From the NCBI RefSeq assembly GCF_009914755.1, contig NC_060934.1: DNA of 64,000 bases, one strand, 5' to 3'. The stretch is from the human T2T-CHM13v2.0 reference genome, Homo sapiens. The notes below the pieces were generated by a model. The model was given only the letters and a program-made list of their open reading frames with translations. It searched no databases and was not told the origin of the DNA. Position numbers and translations under genes: made by a program. Positions 50,392 through 64,000 of the stretch are shown here, one piece after another (positions within the stretch are counted from its first letter, which is position 1; each line of letters opens with the position of its first letter).

Positions 50392-52249
50392 CCTGAAGCT
50401 TGAGGAGCACCCCGAGCCACCTGTGTGGAAGAGAGAGTCCGGAGGTCCCTGGCAGGACCCACTGTCCCCGTACCTCAGCAGGCAGCAGGGGCAAAAAAAC
50501 TCTCAGTAGCTTTTACTGGGGGAAGGGACTTCCATCCAGGCCACCCAGCCCTTTCCCCCTCAAAGCCCCACTCGTTTTTCATTTCACAGGTATTTACACA
50601 CCTACTGTATTCTAGGCAGGGGCTGGTCAGCTGGGCTTGGGGCATAGGAGAAGGTAGGCACTTGTCTAAGCCTTTCCTAGCCCCCCACCTTGTGGCTTCC
50701 CCCCTGAGGTTTCTGGAAACCCTGAGCCCCCATGCTGCTTCTGTGGGAGCAGCCTGGGTGGACAGAGATGCTCTGGGACAGGTGCCTTGTGAGGAGCAGG
50801 TGATGCCCTACCAGACTGCTGTCTTCACTTACAACCTCCCCTTCCCCAGTGACCCTCCATTCCCCTGGGGGTAGGGCTGGAGGGTTTGGTGTGGTCCCAG
50901 GAAGCCATTAGGCCAAAATTAGCGGCAGCCCTAGTCCAGCAGCACAGCCAGGCCCTGCCTCCCTCCCTGCTCTGTGTCCCACCTTTCCCTGTGCCCCATC
51001 TTTCCAACTCCCAGCCATAAATGCAAACACTGAGCAATGGAGAGATGGGAAAACAGTTAGAGGGTGCGTTCCAAGATCTTATCCCTCCTCAGAGAAGTAG
51101 ACTTCCAGAGCACACTTGCCATCCTCCTCCAGGAGTCTGTTCAGTGGGCTCTTGCCCACACAGACCTTGCCCACAAGGACCATGTCTTATGAGCTCAGAA
51201 ATCACAGCTCGTGGCACAAGGCTGGGCAGAGCTGTTCTGCAATTAAGAGTTCGTTGAATGAATGAATGAATGAATGATGGGGGAAGTGGCTGAGCCTGTA
51301 GACTTCAGCCTATTTGCAACTTCCCCAGGAAGACCTGCCTTCACCTCCTCCCAACAGATTATCACCAGGAACACCACCAGTTAGTGAGCACTTGTATCTG
51401 CCACAGGCTTGGCAGGCACTGTCTCCTCTAAAGCCCATGGGGAGGTGGGTCCATCAGGCGGAGACAAGTCAGGTGGACACAAGTGGCCACAGCCCAGGCC
51501 AGCCCTTGCCTTCCCTGTGTTCTGTGTAAGGCCTGAGTCACAATTCATTGAGTGTCTGTTTCCCTCTCTGCACTGCTTCAAGTGGGCAAAGGTTATGTCT
51601 GTTTGCTTGTGGTCTTACCCTCATCCTTGTACACAGTAGGCCCTCAAGCATGTTTAGTTGCGTATGTCGATGAACAAATGATTGAATGGAGAGATGGAGA
51701 GCAGGCACTTCCTGTAAGAAATGGGCTTTCTCCCACCATGGACTCTCTGAACATCAGTGAGATAAGCAGAGCAGGGAGTAGGCCCCAGGCAGGGGTGAGG
51801 GTGACCCGCCCATCCAACAGTGTTTGCATGGTCCTGGGGTCACAGCCAGAGCCACTCTGGGTACCTGCCCCTCCCTGGAATGGGGGTAGGGGCAGAGCCC
51901 CTGGCTGAGACCAGCATTCAGCTCCAGCTGTGGAACCCCCAGAAGATTCTGAGGGCCCTGGGTTGACCCTCAATGGTCTTCAGCCACCCTTCTTCCTCTG
52001 CCCCAGAGAAGATGGGCGTCCTGGGATCTGAAGGGTCCGAGGTCAAGTTTCAGTCCTGTCCCAGCCTCTGCCAGGGAGCCTGTGCTGGACCAGGATTCCT
52101 TTACATTTGGATTTGGAGACCCTCCTGAGAAGCGGACCCTCACCTAGTTCGTTGAAATTCTCATCTCCCCAAAAGTCCGTTTCTCTGGGGGAGAGGAGCA
52201 GATGGGGACACCCCGGGAGCAAGCACCTGGCTCTGCCCTGGCACGCCCC

Positions 52250-52770
52250 GTGACTGACAGATGCAAATGTCCCGCCGGGCCCCCGCAGGCCGCTCCCTCC
52301 CTTGCTGGCTCGCCCGCCTCCCGGCCAGCTCCCTCCCTCCTTTATCTTATCAAAGCCCGGTAATTACAATTGCTATTTTGTTTCCTCGAATCTGCAATCA
52401 GAGCTCCCTGGCCCAGATGAGGGAGCGCCTGTCAACCTGATCGCTGAGTGACAGCCCGGCCACCTTTCCTGGCCGCCCCCACACTCCGCAAACACAAACA
52501 CACACACGCACAGACACAAACTCCCTCGCCTGCAAACACAAACACACACTCCTCGCCAACACAAACGGCCCATCTCCGCAGACACGCCCTCGCCTGCACC
52601 CAGACACACTACTTCAGCCTATTTCCAAACGCACCCCTCGATCCCAGCCCATCCCCCGGCCCCTCCAATCCACACCCGCCGGAGACCGCAGCTCGCTCCG
52701 ACGCGCGCTTCCTGCGCCGGGCGTTCAAAGCGCCGCGGACTCACTGCCGACCGTTCAAATGCAAATCGCC
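52250..52770. promoter_or_regulatory. FGF8 upstream element: TCF/LEF, octamer, homeodomain and MEIS motifs
   Basis: TGACAG 52255-60, ATGCAAAT 52261-68 and 52759-66, ATCAAAG 52349-55, TAATTA 52361-66, TTCAAAG 52724-30. Confidence 0.65.
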
Positions 52771-53900
52771 GAGACTACGTTAAGCACTTCGGCCACTGTC
52801 TGGGAGTCGTCTCCCTCGGCCCCCAAATAGAAGCCTGCCCTTCCTCCAGCAGTCGGCAAACCCCGGCGTATGCCTTCATCCCCCAGGGGTCTGAGGCCAC
52901 AGTGAGCCGGCAGCGCTCCTACTGTGCGCTGAAGGGCAAAGAAGAGGGCTCGAGGAGAGGCTGGGGCGAGGAGAGAGGAATAAACCTTGCCCAGCTGTGT
53001 CCGCGGGGCGCCCCAACCGGCCGAGAAACTCTTGGGCCGAGAGGCTGATGTGGATTGGGCCCCCACTGCGGGCAGGAGCGTGCTCGGCGCAGGCCCGCGC
53101 CCACCGGGAGACCTACCCGGAAAACCGGCGAGAAATGCAAGGAGCGATCAGTGGCATCGCGGGGGGTGGGTGGGGTAAATATTGGGGCGGAGCCGCGCAG
53201 GGGGTAGATGGGTCAGCTAGGGAGGCCTCCCAGGAGAGAGGACTCAGCCAGTCTCCCGCTCCTCCTGCCAAGCACGTGCCGAGGACTTTGGAGGCTGGGG
53301 CCAAGAAGAGGAAGGGAAAGAGGAGTGAGGGCCACAGCCAGACTTCCCCACTCCAACTCAAGTCGTTCGAATGAATGAATGAACGTATGCACGCATGCAT
53401 GCAAGCCTCAGTGGCATTCCCCCGCCTTCCGCCCAAGATTCGGCCGCCCAGAGCAGTGGCGGGACTCGGAGGCCCCGGCCCCACGGCGCCCGCCCGGAGC
53501 CTCTAGAGGCCAGGGAAGCGGTACGACCACGAGCGGCTTCAACCTCGCCCGCCAGAGGGCGCCAGCCCCGACTTCCCTCTCCCTGCCGACCGCGCTCCGC
53601 AGCGAGACCCATGGTTCCCAGCCAGGCCGCCCCTCCGCCGGGCTCCCCAGGGAAGCATTTTTAGCAGCGCCCTCCTGGATCGGAGAAAGGCGCCTGCGAC
53701 CCAGATCACCGCAACACAGACGGGCGTCATCTCCCTTTGTCCTCAACTTGAGGAAGAGGGAGGTTGGAAACTGGACCCCTAGTTCCTCACCACGGGCTGG
53801 GGGAGAACCTCCTTCACTAGGGATGCGCTGAAGAGCGTGCGGGTCGGTACTGCGGACGCAAGGTCTTCAAAGCTGACCTCACCTGCCCCAGAACCACCAG
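52650..53900. promoter_or_regulatory. Second CpG-rich island 3-4.5 kb upstream of FGF8
   Basis: CpG-dense, repeat-free sequence. Confidence 0.7.
53549..53562 (+). promoter_or_regulatory. CTCF-type motif
   Basis: CCGCCAGAGGGCGC, near-perfect core match. Confidence 0.6.
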
Positions 53901-54089
53901 CCCGCGATATCCCGGGGCCCCTCCCCCTTGACTAGAGGCTGGGAGTGGGAGTTGGCCTGACCCCCATCAGGCCCTGTTCTCTGTCTATCCTCAGCCTGTC
54001 TGGCCCCAGGTTGTCTGGGGAGGCAATGTTTTGTTTGTTTGTTTGTTTGTGGGCATTGACAACCCTCCCCCCACAACCAACACAGCTGC

Positions 54090-54103
54090 TGAACTGCTGA
54101 CCC
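54090..54103 (-). promoter_or_regulatory. DR2 retinoic acid response element upstream of FGF8
   Basis: Minus strand GGGTCA-gc-AGTTCA, 4.7 kb upstream of the FGF8 ATG. Spacing and position match the known repressive Fgf8 RARE. Confidence 0.9.
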
Positions 54104-54757
54104 CAGAGCTGGTCACATACACTCATCCTCAAACCAGGTGTGTCAGTTCTTCCTGGCACAAAGGCAGCCAAGTGCCAGAACTACCTGATTCCAGGCACCA
54201 AAGACCCCCAGACCCCACGGTGTGTGGGGGACAAGAATCCCTTAGTCCAGGAGGCAAATTCCCTGGGGCCCCTTTCTGCCCCCATATGCCAGGCCACCCG
54301 GATTCTGGTTTCCCTGTCACCCAATCTGGCCAGTCCCCTCCATCTGGCCCCCGGAGTCAGGTTTCTCTAAGGGCCCAGCCCTGCTCAGAGACAGCCTGCA
54401 AGGCTCAAAGGAGGAGCGAAGCCTGGTCCCGCCCTGCCCTCACAGGCCCTCTCTGGGCCAGAGACCCTCGTGGGGCTAGGGACGCGCATTCCTCAGGCTG
54501 CCTAAGCTCGCTTATCTGCCCCCCTGCCCATCAGCCGAGTGCTGACAGAGGCCCAGACCCCTTGTTTGGATGCTGATAACCTCCTGCGATGACCCTCTCC
54601 CACCTGCAGAGACTGGGAATGGGCTGAGTGTTGGGAGGTCCCCTTCCAGCAAGGCAACTGGGGCCCAGGCCCCAGGTCCTAGCCCAGGGCCATGAGGGTA
54701 GAGGATCCCACAGTTCTCCACCCTCCCCCAGGCCCAGGGCCACGCTGGGTGCTTCCA

Positions 54758-54775
54758 CAGTGCCACCTGGCGGTC
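54758..54775 (-). promoter_or_regulatory. CTCF-type motif just downstream of the NPM3 poly(A) site
   Basis: Minus strand GACCGCCAGGTGGCACTG matches the core consensus CCASYAGRKGGCRS. Confidence 0.65.
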
Positions 54776-54819
54776 CCTAGGGAAACATCACCCAGCACAG
54801 GAAGAAGCCACACAAGAGC

Positions 54820-55127
54820 TGCAAAAACTCCACACCACTTTATTTCAACCTTTATCCAAAAATGTAAAAACTATTAAAAATGTGTAGCTCTGAGCTTCAG
54901 GCACTAACCTCCAATTCTCACAGGCAGGTGGGAAGGGAGGCCCCGGGCATGGTGAAAATCAGAAAACCACGGCTGTGTGGAGCACAGGCCCTCTCCTAGC
55001 ACCAAAGACCCAAGTCCCTCCCACCCAACCCCCACCCAAGCTCTCCTCTTCAAGGAAGAAATATTTACAATTGTTGAAACTTGTCAGGGAACAGGGTGCA
55101 TGGCGGTGCATGGCACATGGAGCTGAC
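54820..55127 (-). other. NPM3: NPM3 non-coding last exon (3'UTR) after a 94-nt 3'UTR intron (55128-55221)
   Basis: Donor CTAG|gtgagt at 55221, acceptor ttcctcttttcag|G at 55128. 3' end inferred from the poly(A) signal. Confidence 0.85.
54839..54844 (-). terminator. NPM3 poly(A) signal AATAAA
   Basis: TTTATT on +, followed on the minus strand by GU/U-rich sequence. Confidence 0.85.
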
Positions 55128-55230
55128 CTGAAAAGAGGAAACAAGGAATCAGCATTTAGGCCCTCACCTGCTTCTCCTGCCCCTTCCCAGAGCCTGCTAG
55201 GCACTTCTCCCCGCAACTCACCTAGGAGGG

Positions 55231-55349
55231 CTAGGGCCTGCCCCCCTGCTTTTTGGCAGGAAGGATGGGGCACAGCTCAACTTCTTCCTCATCACTGTCC
55301 TCTTCCTCTTCCTCGCTCTCCTCCTCAGAAACATCATTGCTCATCGTAA
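55231..55349 (-). CDS. NPM3: NPM3 exon 5 coding part (acidic tract, stop)
   Basis: caccag|TT acceptor; TAG at 55233-55231; the exon continues 9 nt to a donor at 55221. Confidence 0.97.
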
Positions 55350-56885
55350 CTGGTGGACACACAAGCAGTAGAAGGATGGGGTGTTAAGACCAGACCGTTT
55401 CACACCGCATGCCATTTCTTCACGCCGTGGTGTTAGGCTTACAGGGACCATGACCTCCCAGTGCTTATGGGCTAGGTGGGAAGAACCTCAGACCCTAAAC
55501 TGGGTCACAAAGAGCCAAAGGAGTCTTCATTATTGGAGCTGGAGAAGTTGGGCCATGTTCCATGGAGGAGGTAGGCTTGAGTAGACGGAAAGGAGAGGGC
55601 ATGTCATGCACAGGGCACAGCGTGGAGGGCACACAGACCTGTACAGGGCTGCACTGGGAGATGAGGGTGGGATGGGGCAGGAGTGCGGAGTGGGGGAAGC
55701 CTGATGGGAGAGTCCACTGGAAGCAAAGGAGAGGGCCCTCCCCTCTTCTCACCAATCTGGTGCCGCCCAGTGATCCGCACAGGGCCAGAGCCCGACTTCA
55801 GGCGGAAGGTTACAGGTGGTTGGAGCTGGAAGTCATCCAGACTGAGCTGGGAGGAAGACAAGGATGAAGGCCTGGCCCACTCCTAGCCCACCCCACACTG
55901 TAATGAGTGCTAACGTCCTCAATCCCCTCACCACCACCACCACCACCACCAAGGCAGAGCTGGGGAACTCACCATGGGTTGGCAGGACAGCTTGAGGTTG
56001 GCCACAGGGACTGCGATCTCCTGATGGTCATGGTTCCGGGCCACAACTTCTACCACATTACACTCGTCTTTGGCTCCCTCGGTGAGGCAGAGCTGGGAAC
56101 GGTACACAGGGCCTCAGGGTCTCCTCAAGTGAGGGTTGACACCACAACTAAAGGCATCTACCCTAGCACCTGCCCAGCCTCAGAGGTCCCGGTTCACCTG
56201 GCCAGGGGAGCCGCCCATGCCGGGGGGTTAGGCTGAGGATGTGTCTCCAAGTAAAGGGGATCCGGAGGTTGGGTAGAGACCTATATTGCCTGCCTGGGCT
56301 TATTCATTAAAACCCCACTCCCCTGCCCCTCACCATGGTTAGTGCCAGCACGTGCTCCGCATCATCCTCTTCCTCTACCTTAAAGGTGAAGGAGCGGGTG
56401 TGGCCGGAGAGCTCACAGCCTGGTAGAAATAACAGTGAGTATGCCTGAGCGTGTGTACGGGGCTGGGCAGCGGGGGATGTCACCAACCCGCCGTCACGTG
56501 TAACCTTGGGCGGACGGGTCATTTACACGTCCACCTCCGTCTCTTCTCTCAGAACACCTGGGACGCTCTGCCGTGGGCCCCGCCCAACACATCTGGGGCA
56601 GGGATCTCGCCACCCCCTTTGGCTGTGCGTGCGAGGCCCCCTCTCCTGCGGGAACAGCGAAGCAGCCCTCCGCCCACACCCACGCCTTGAAACCCTGGGC
56701 ATTCCCGCCTCACATCCCTACCTCTTACCGCCCCAGTACCACCCTCAGCCTCTCCCTTCACTAATACCGAAGAAAAAACTGTCCATAGTGACCGGGGCCG
56801 GGACCCGTAGGCCCCCGACACCCCCGGCCCGCGTTCGGCTCTCCTGACTCAAAAACGCTAAGGCAGCTGCAGTACCGGCGGCCAT
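55231..56885 (-). CDS. NPM3: Nucleoplasmin-3, spliced CDS, 178 aa
   Basis: Exons 56885-56768, 56419-56334, 56092-55973, 55846-55753, 55349-55231; 118+86+120+94+119 = 537 nt. MAAGTAAALAFLSQESRTRAGG...; nucleoplasmin core (FRLKSGSGPV), acidic tract EEESEEEEEDSDEEE, ends AKKQGGRP*. Confidence 0.98.
55753..55846 (-). CDS. NPM3: NPM3 exon 4
   Basis: cccag|CTC ... ATTG|gtgaga; LSLDDFQLQPPVTFRLKSGSGPVRITGRHQI. Confidence 0.97.
55973..56092 (-). CDS. NPM3: NPM3 exon 3
   Basis: cccag|CTC ... ATG|gtgagt; LCLTEGAKDECNVVEVVARNHDHQEIAVPVANLKLSCQPM. Confidence 0.97.
56334..56419 (-). CDS. NPM3: NPM3 exon 2
   Basis: accag|GC ... ATG|gtgagg; CELSGHTRSFTFKVEEEDDAEHVLALTM. Confidence 0.97.
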
Positions 56886-57030
56886 GCTGTAAGAGCCTTC
56901 TTCAAACTCCGCCCCCGACACGCACAAAGCCGGGGACCCTCGGCCAGTTCCGGCCCCGCCCATTAAAGGAGACGCACAGTCCTGGAAAAGAAAAGGCGCC
57001 GAGACCCCGCAGCCCTACCCGGAGCCCGCA
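56440..57030. promoter_or_regulatory. NPM3 promoter CpG island
   Basis: CpG-rich around exon 1; GC box and ETS-like TTCCGG near 56950; E-box CACGTG at 56495-56500. Confidence 0.8.
56768..56885 (-). CDS. NPM3: NPM3 exon 1 coding
   Basis: AGCATGG start; TTCG|gtatta donor. Confidence 0.97.
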
Positions 57031-57939
57031 GCTTCTGCTCATATTTTATCAAGACCGAAGAGAAAGGAAGTAACATCACAGAAGAATGGATTTGGGGTTT
57101 ATGTTAACATCCTTGCTCATTTCCACGACCATGAGGGTGTCCACTTCCCCAAGCTCCTCGCTCTGTGTCGGAAGAGTGTCTCCCACTCTTCCAACCCAGG
57201 GTAAGCTTTCGTTAAAGGAGTTATAGATATAAAAATGTAAACCCTTCTTACTCCTCCCAGCAAAGGTGGGGTTCAGGGCAGTGCTTTTCTGCTACAAGCA
57301 AAGGAAATGCACTCAGATTGTCTTTGCCTCAAGAGAGCCGAGGAGCCTTAGGAATTTCCATCCCAACACGTCTGTCCTGTCTGTCCTCTCGGCTAAGCCT
57401 CTCTTAATTCTTCCTGCTCTAAAGACCCCGCAACTTGCTATGCCTTCACTGAGACTTAGCTGCTGGCACTTGCTAGCAGAGGACTAGTTAGCTCATGTGT
57501 GTTGGCTGTTCCTGGCCCACCCACGCTTTTTGAGCTTTTAATTCCAAATCATCCAGGAGTATCTTTGCGCCGTGGATTATTTTGTCAGTTTATGCTACTC
57601 GCGCCATCTTTCGCCTTTTAAGAATCAGGCAAACTGTGTGCTTTCTATCCTAATAGATGGCAAAACTCAAACTAGAGGCCCTATTTCACATCCAGGTTAT
57701 AACTGTGGCAAGAGGGTGGGGTGGCTTGGCTAAAAACTAGTCTACTTTTCTTAGCTCTTGTCTTAATGAAAATCTGGAAGTCTTACTGGTGATGGAGGTA
57801 GGGGAGGGCTGCCTTCAAGATCCAATCTCTAACTTGGAACAGCTGTGGAGAGGAGAGAATACCTGCTTGTAGGTGAGGCATGAAAGAGGAGAAAAGGGAG
57901 GGGGCAGACAGGAAATAGATTCACACAATACAACACGAC

Positions 57940-59945
57940 AAGCATTCACTTCAAGTTTTATTTTGCCTCTTGCATGGTCTTTTACAGTTCGTTTTCTACA
58001 GGAACTGAGCTCTGATCCAAACAATCAATAAAAATGTAATTCCAACCTTAATATTCATAACCAGGAAATAGCATAGCACTTCATGATCCTAGAGTGATGA
58101 AAGCAAGACCAGGGCATCTGTTTCACAGTCACCTGTGACCAGACCAGCCAACATGATTACTAAAAGCCAAGATAAAACCAAAAGCAAACTTGCTAAAAAA
58201 TCCTGAATTCCATGAGGTTAACTCTGAAATCCTCCAAACAAAATGCTAGAATTGTCCACTAGTGTTAAGACGAGAAAACTGAGGAAAACTCAGCTGTCTT
58301 ACTATCTGGTAAGAGTCTTCCCTTCATCTCAAGCCCTCAAAAATGCAAACTTGGTTCCAGCTTTACAACATACCATATCCTTCTATCGGTTAAAGGTTTC
58401 TAACCTAAAAACCTTCTCTCCTTTCTTCTCACCTATTTAGTGCATACTCAAAGGCTTTGGTTGGAAGTCACTAGGTACCACTAGGTACAATGCTTTAGGG
58501 CTCTCTCAAAGCCCACAATGGTGGAGTTCTGTGAAAGAAAACTTAAGTTTCTTTCTCTTTACCCCTCTCCCCTCACTCAGCTCAAAGTTAAACAGCTGAT
58601 GCAAAACTACAGAGAAGCAAGATAACAAAATACTGTTATCAATCTATGGAGAAATCAGCCAGCCATGATGAAAAAATGAGTCCTGCCGACTATCTGCCAG
58701 CTTCATGCTCAGAACCCTTAAAAACACAGAATCTAAATTAAAATACATGAAGCTTTCACAATCCGGTTAAAGGAAAAAGGTAACTGTAAATAACTGGTTA
58801 AAGTGTGCTCATTCGTTCAGAAATTAGATACAAACATGCAAGAATTAAAGACTCTGATTTAATAAAATCAGTAGTAACAGGTCTTGAGATTAAACAACTG
58901 ACCTGAGGGCAAATGGGACCAATCAGTCCCTGAACCCTACCTGACATGTCAAATCCAACATTTCACATGCTGACCTAATATTGAGGTTAATTTCCAGAAG
59001 TAACTGCACTTTTCAACAGATTAAGTCCTACAAAATTAGGCTCTCGTACCCCAAATGGTCATGGCCTACGCCTAGGTGGGAGGCACTTTAAAAATAATAA
59101 AACTTCAAAAAGAACAAAAACAACCCCAAACCCAAAGACAAAAGTAAAGAAAATCCACTTTTCACTGGTTTACATTATTCAAAGTGCCATTCTGAACCAA
59201 CACCCTTTCATTTATAGAGGAAAAAAATTTACAAAAACAGTAAACACAAAGGATAGTCAGGTTACAGCTAGTTTATATACAAAGAAATTTACAAGTTTGT
59301 CAATTGTAGGCTTTTGCCACAAACAAATGCACATTTGTCCCTACAAAGTACAACATGCCTGAACCAACAGTCATTACAGGAGACAATTGGCCACGGCTTT
59401 ACAAAAAGCAGAATAACTGCCCCAAATTGAAATTATTTATTCAGCTTAAACTAATGCCACAACCATCCCACTTGGAATCACTCCACCCTGACACTTCTGA
59501 AACCCACTCTTTCTTTCTTTCATCTCTGCCATGTCCCCTAAGACTGAGAGGCATTTCACTCAATAAACCAAGGAAGATGACAGATGTTATCTTGATTACT
59601 CTCAGGTGAGAAACGCAACCACACTGGATGCAGAAAATAGTGCTGACTACATTTATTGAAGACTCTCTCCCTGTATAAGCCCATGTAAAAGGTCTCAGCA
59701 CCTAACACAAGACTCAAAAAGGAAGCCCACATCTCTCTTTCATACAGGATTTGCTGCAATACTATATTCTTCCAACCAGTGAGTAGTCTCAAAGTGTGAT
59801 GGGTGAGTTTTACATAGTCTTCTTTGTTTCGAATCCAATTGGCTGATTTGTTACCATTCTAGAGGCTGAACTGTATGAAGACCTCAACTACCATTCACAA
59901 GGTGCAGTTAAGAGACTTTTGGACAGTTCACAGTGTCAACAAATG
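57940..59945 (-). other. OGA: OGA 3'UTR (~2 kb), distal AATAAA at 57957-57962
   Basis: Repeat-free AU-rich sequence after the stop; AATAAA followed by a GU-rich element (gcttgtcgtgttgtattgtgtg). Confidence 0.85.
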
Positions 59946-60082
59946 TCACAGGCTCCGACCAAGTATAACCACATCCTTTGGAAATCCTTCCATTTTTGCA
60001 ATTTCAAAACATCCTAACTTGCTGTAAAATTCCAGAATTCTTTTATCATCTGGTCTCACTTCACAGAAAGCTCCCCGGGAGC
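59946..60082 (-). CDS. OGA: O-GlcNAcase last exon coding part
   Basis: ttctag|GC acceptor; [47 protein letters not shown] at 59948-59946. Upstream exons lie beyond the window. Confidence 0.97.
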
Positions 60083-60175
60083 CTAGAAATAAAACAAATA
60101 TTCAAAACATAAATAAGTCACTTAATTAGTATAATTATAGATATAAAACTATAATCTTCGAGATGGTTAATATAA

Positions 60176-64000
<3,825 letters not shown>

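Overview
Human genomic DNA, recognisable from its proteins as the 10q24 FGF8-NPM3-OGA (MGEA5) locus. All three genes are on the minus strand. FGF8 is complete: 6 coding exons, 49397->43826, giving isoforms a/b/e/f of 204/215/233/244 aa. NPM3 is complete: 178 aa, 5 coding exons plus an intron in the 3'UTR. OGA contributes its last two coding exons and a ~2 kb 3'UTR. Positions 1-43 kb are non-coding. The first ~31 kb is very Alu-dense, with L1, L2, MIR, MaLR LTR and DNA-transposon fossils and a few repeat-free islands rich in TF motifs (candidate FGF8 enhancers). No Alu is recognisable from ~39.8 to 60.2 kb. Regulatory sites read directly from sequence: a DR2 RARE at 54090-54103, a TCF/LEF-octamer-homeobox cluster at 52.25-52.77 kb, PBX sites and CTCF-type motifs. 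I found no new protein-coding system; nearly all extra ORFs are Alu-derived or GC-rich shadows. The best leads are two local templated insertions (345-377 copied into an Alu at 2254-2286; 36225-36296 copied into an L2 at 40175-40244), a spacer-less inverted Alu fusion, a candidate upstream FGF8 exon next to the RARE that could yield a signal-peptide-less 140-aa FGF8, and dual-use splice/coding sequence in FGF8 exon 1D. Repeat subfamily names are from recalled consensus sequences, and motif calls are by eye and untested.
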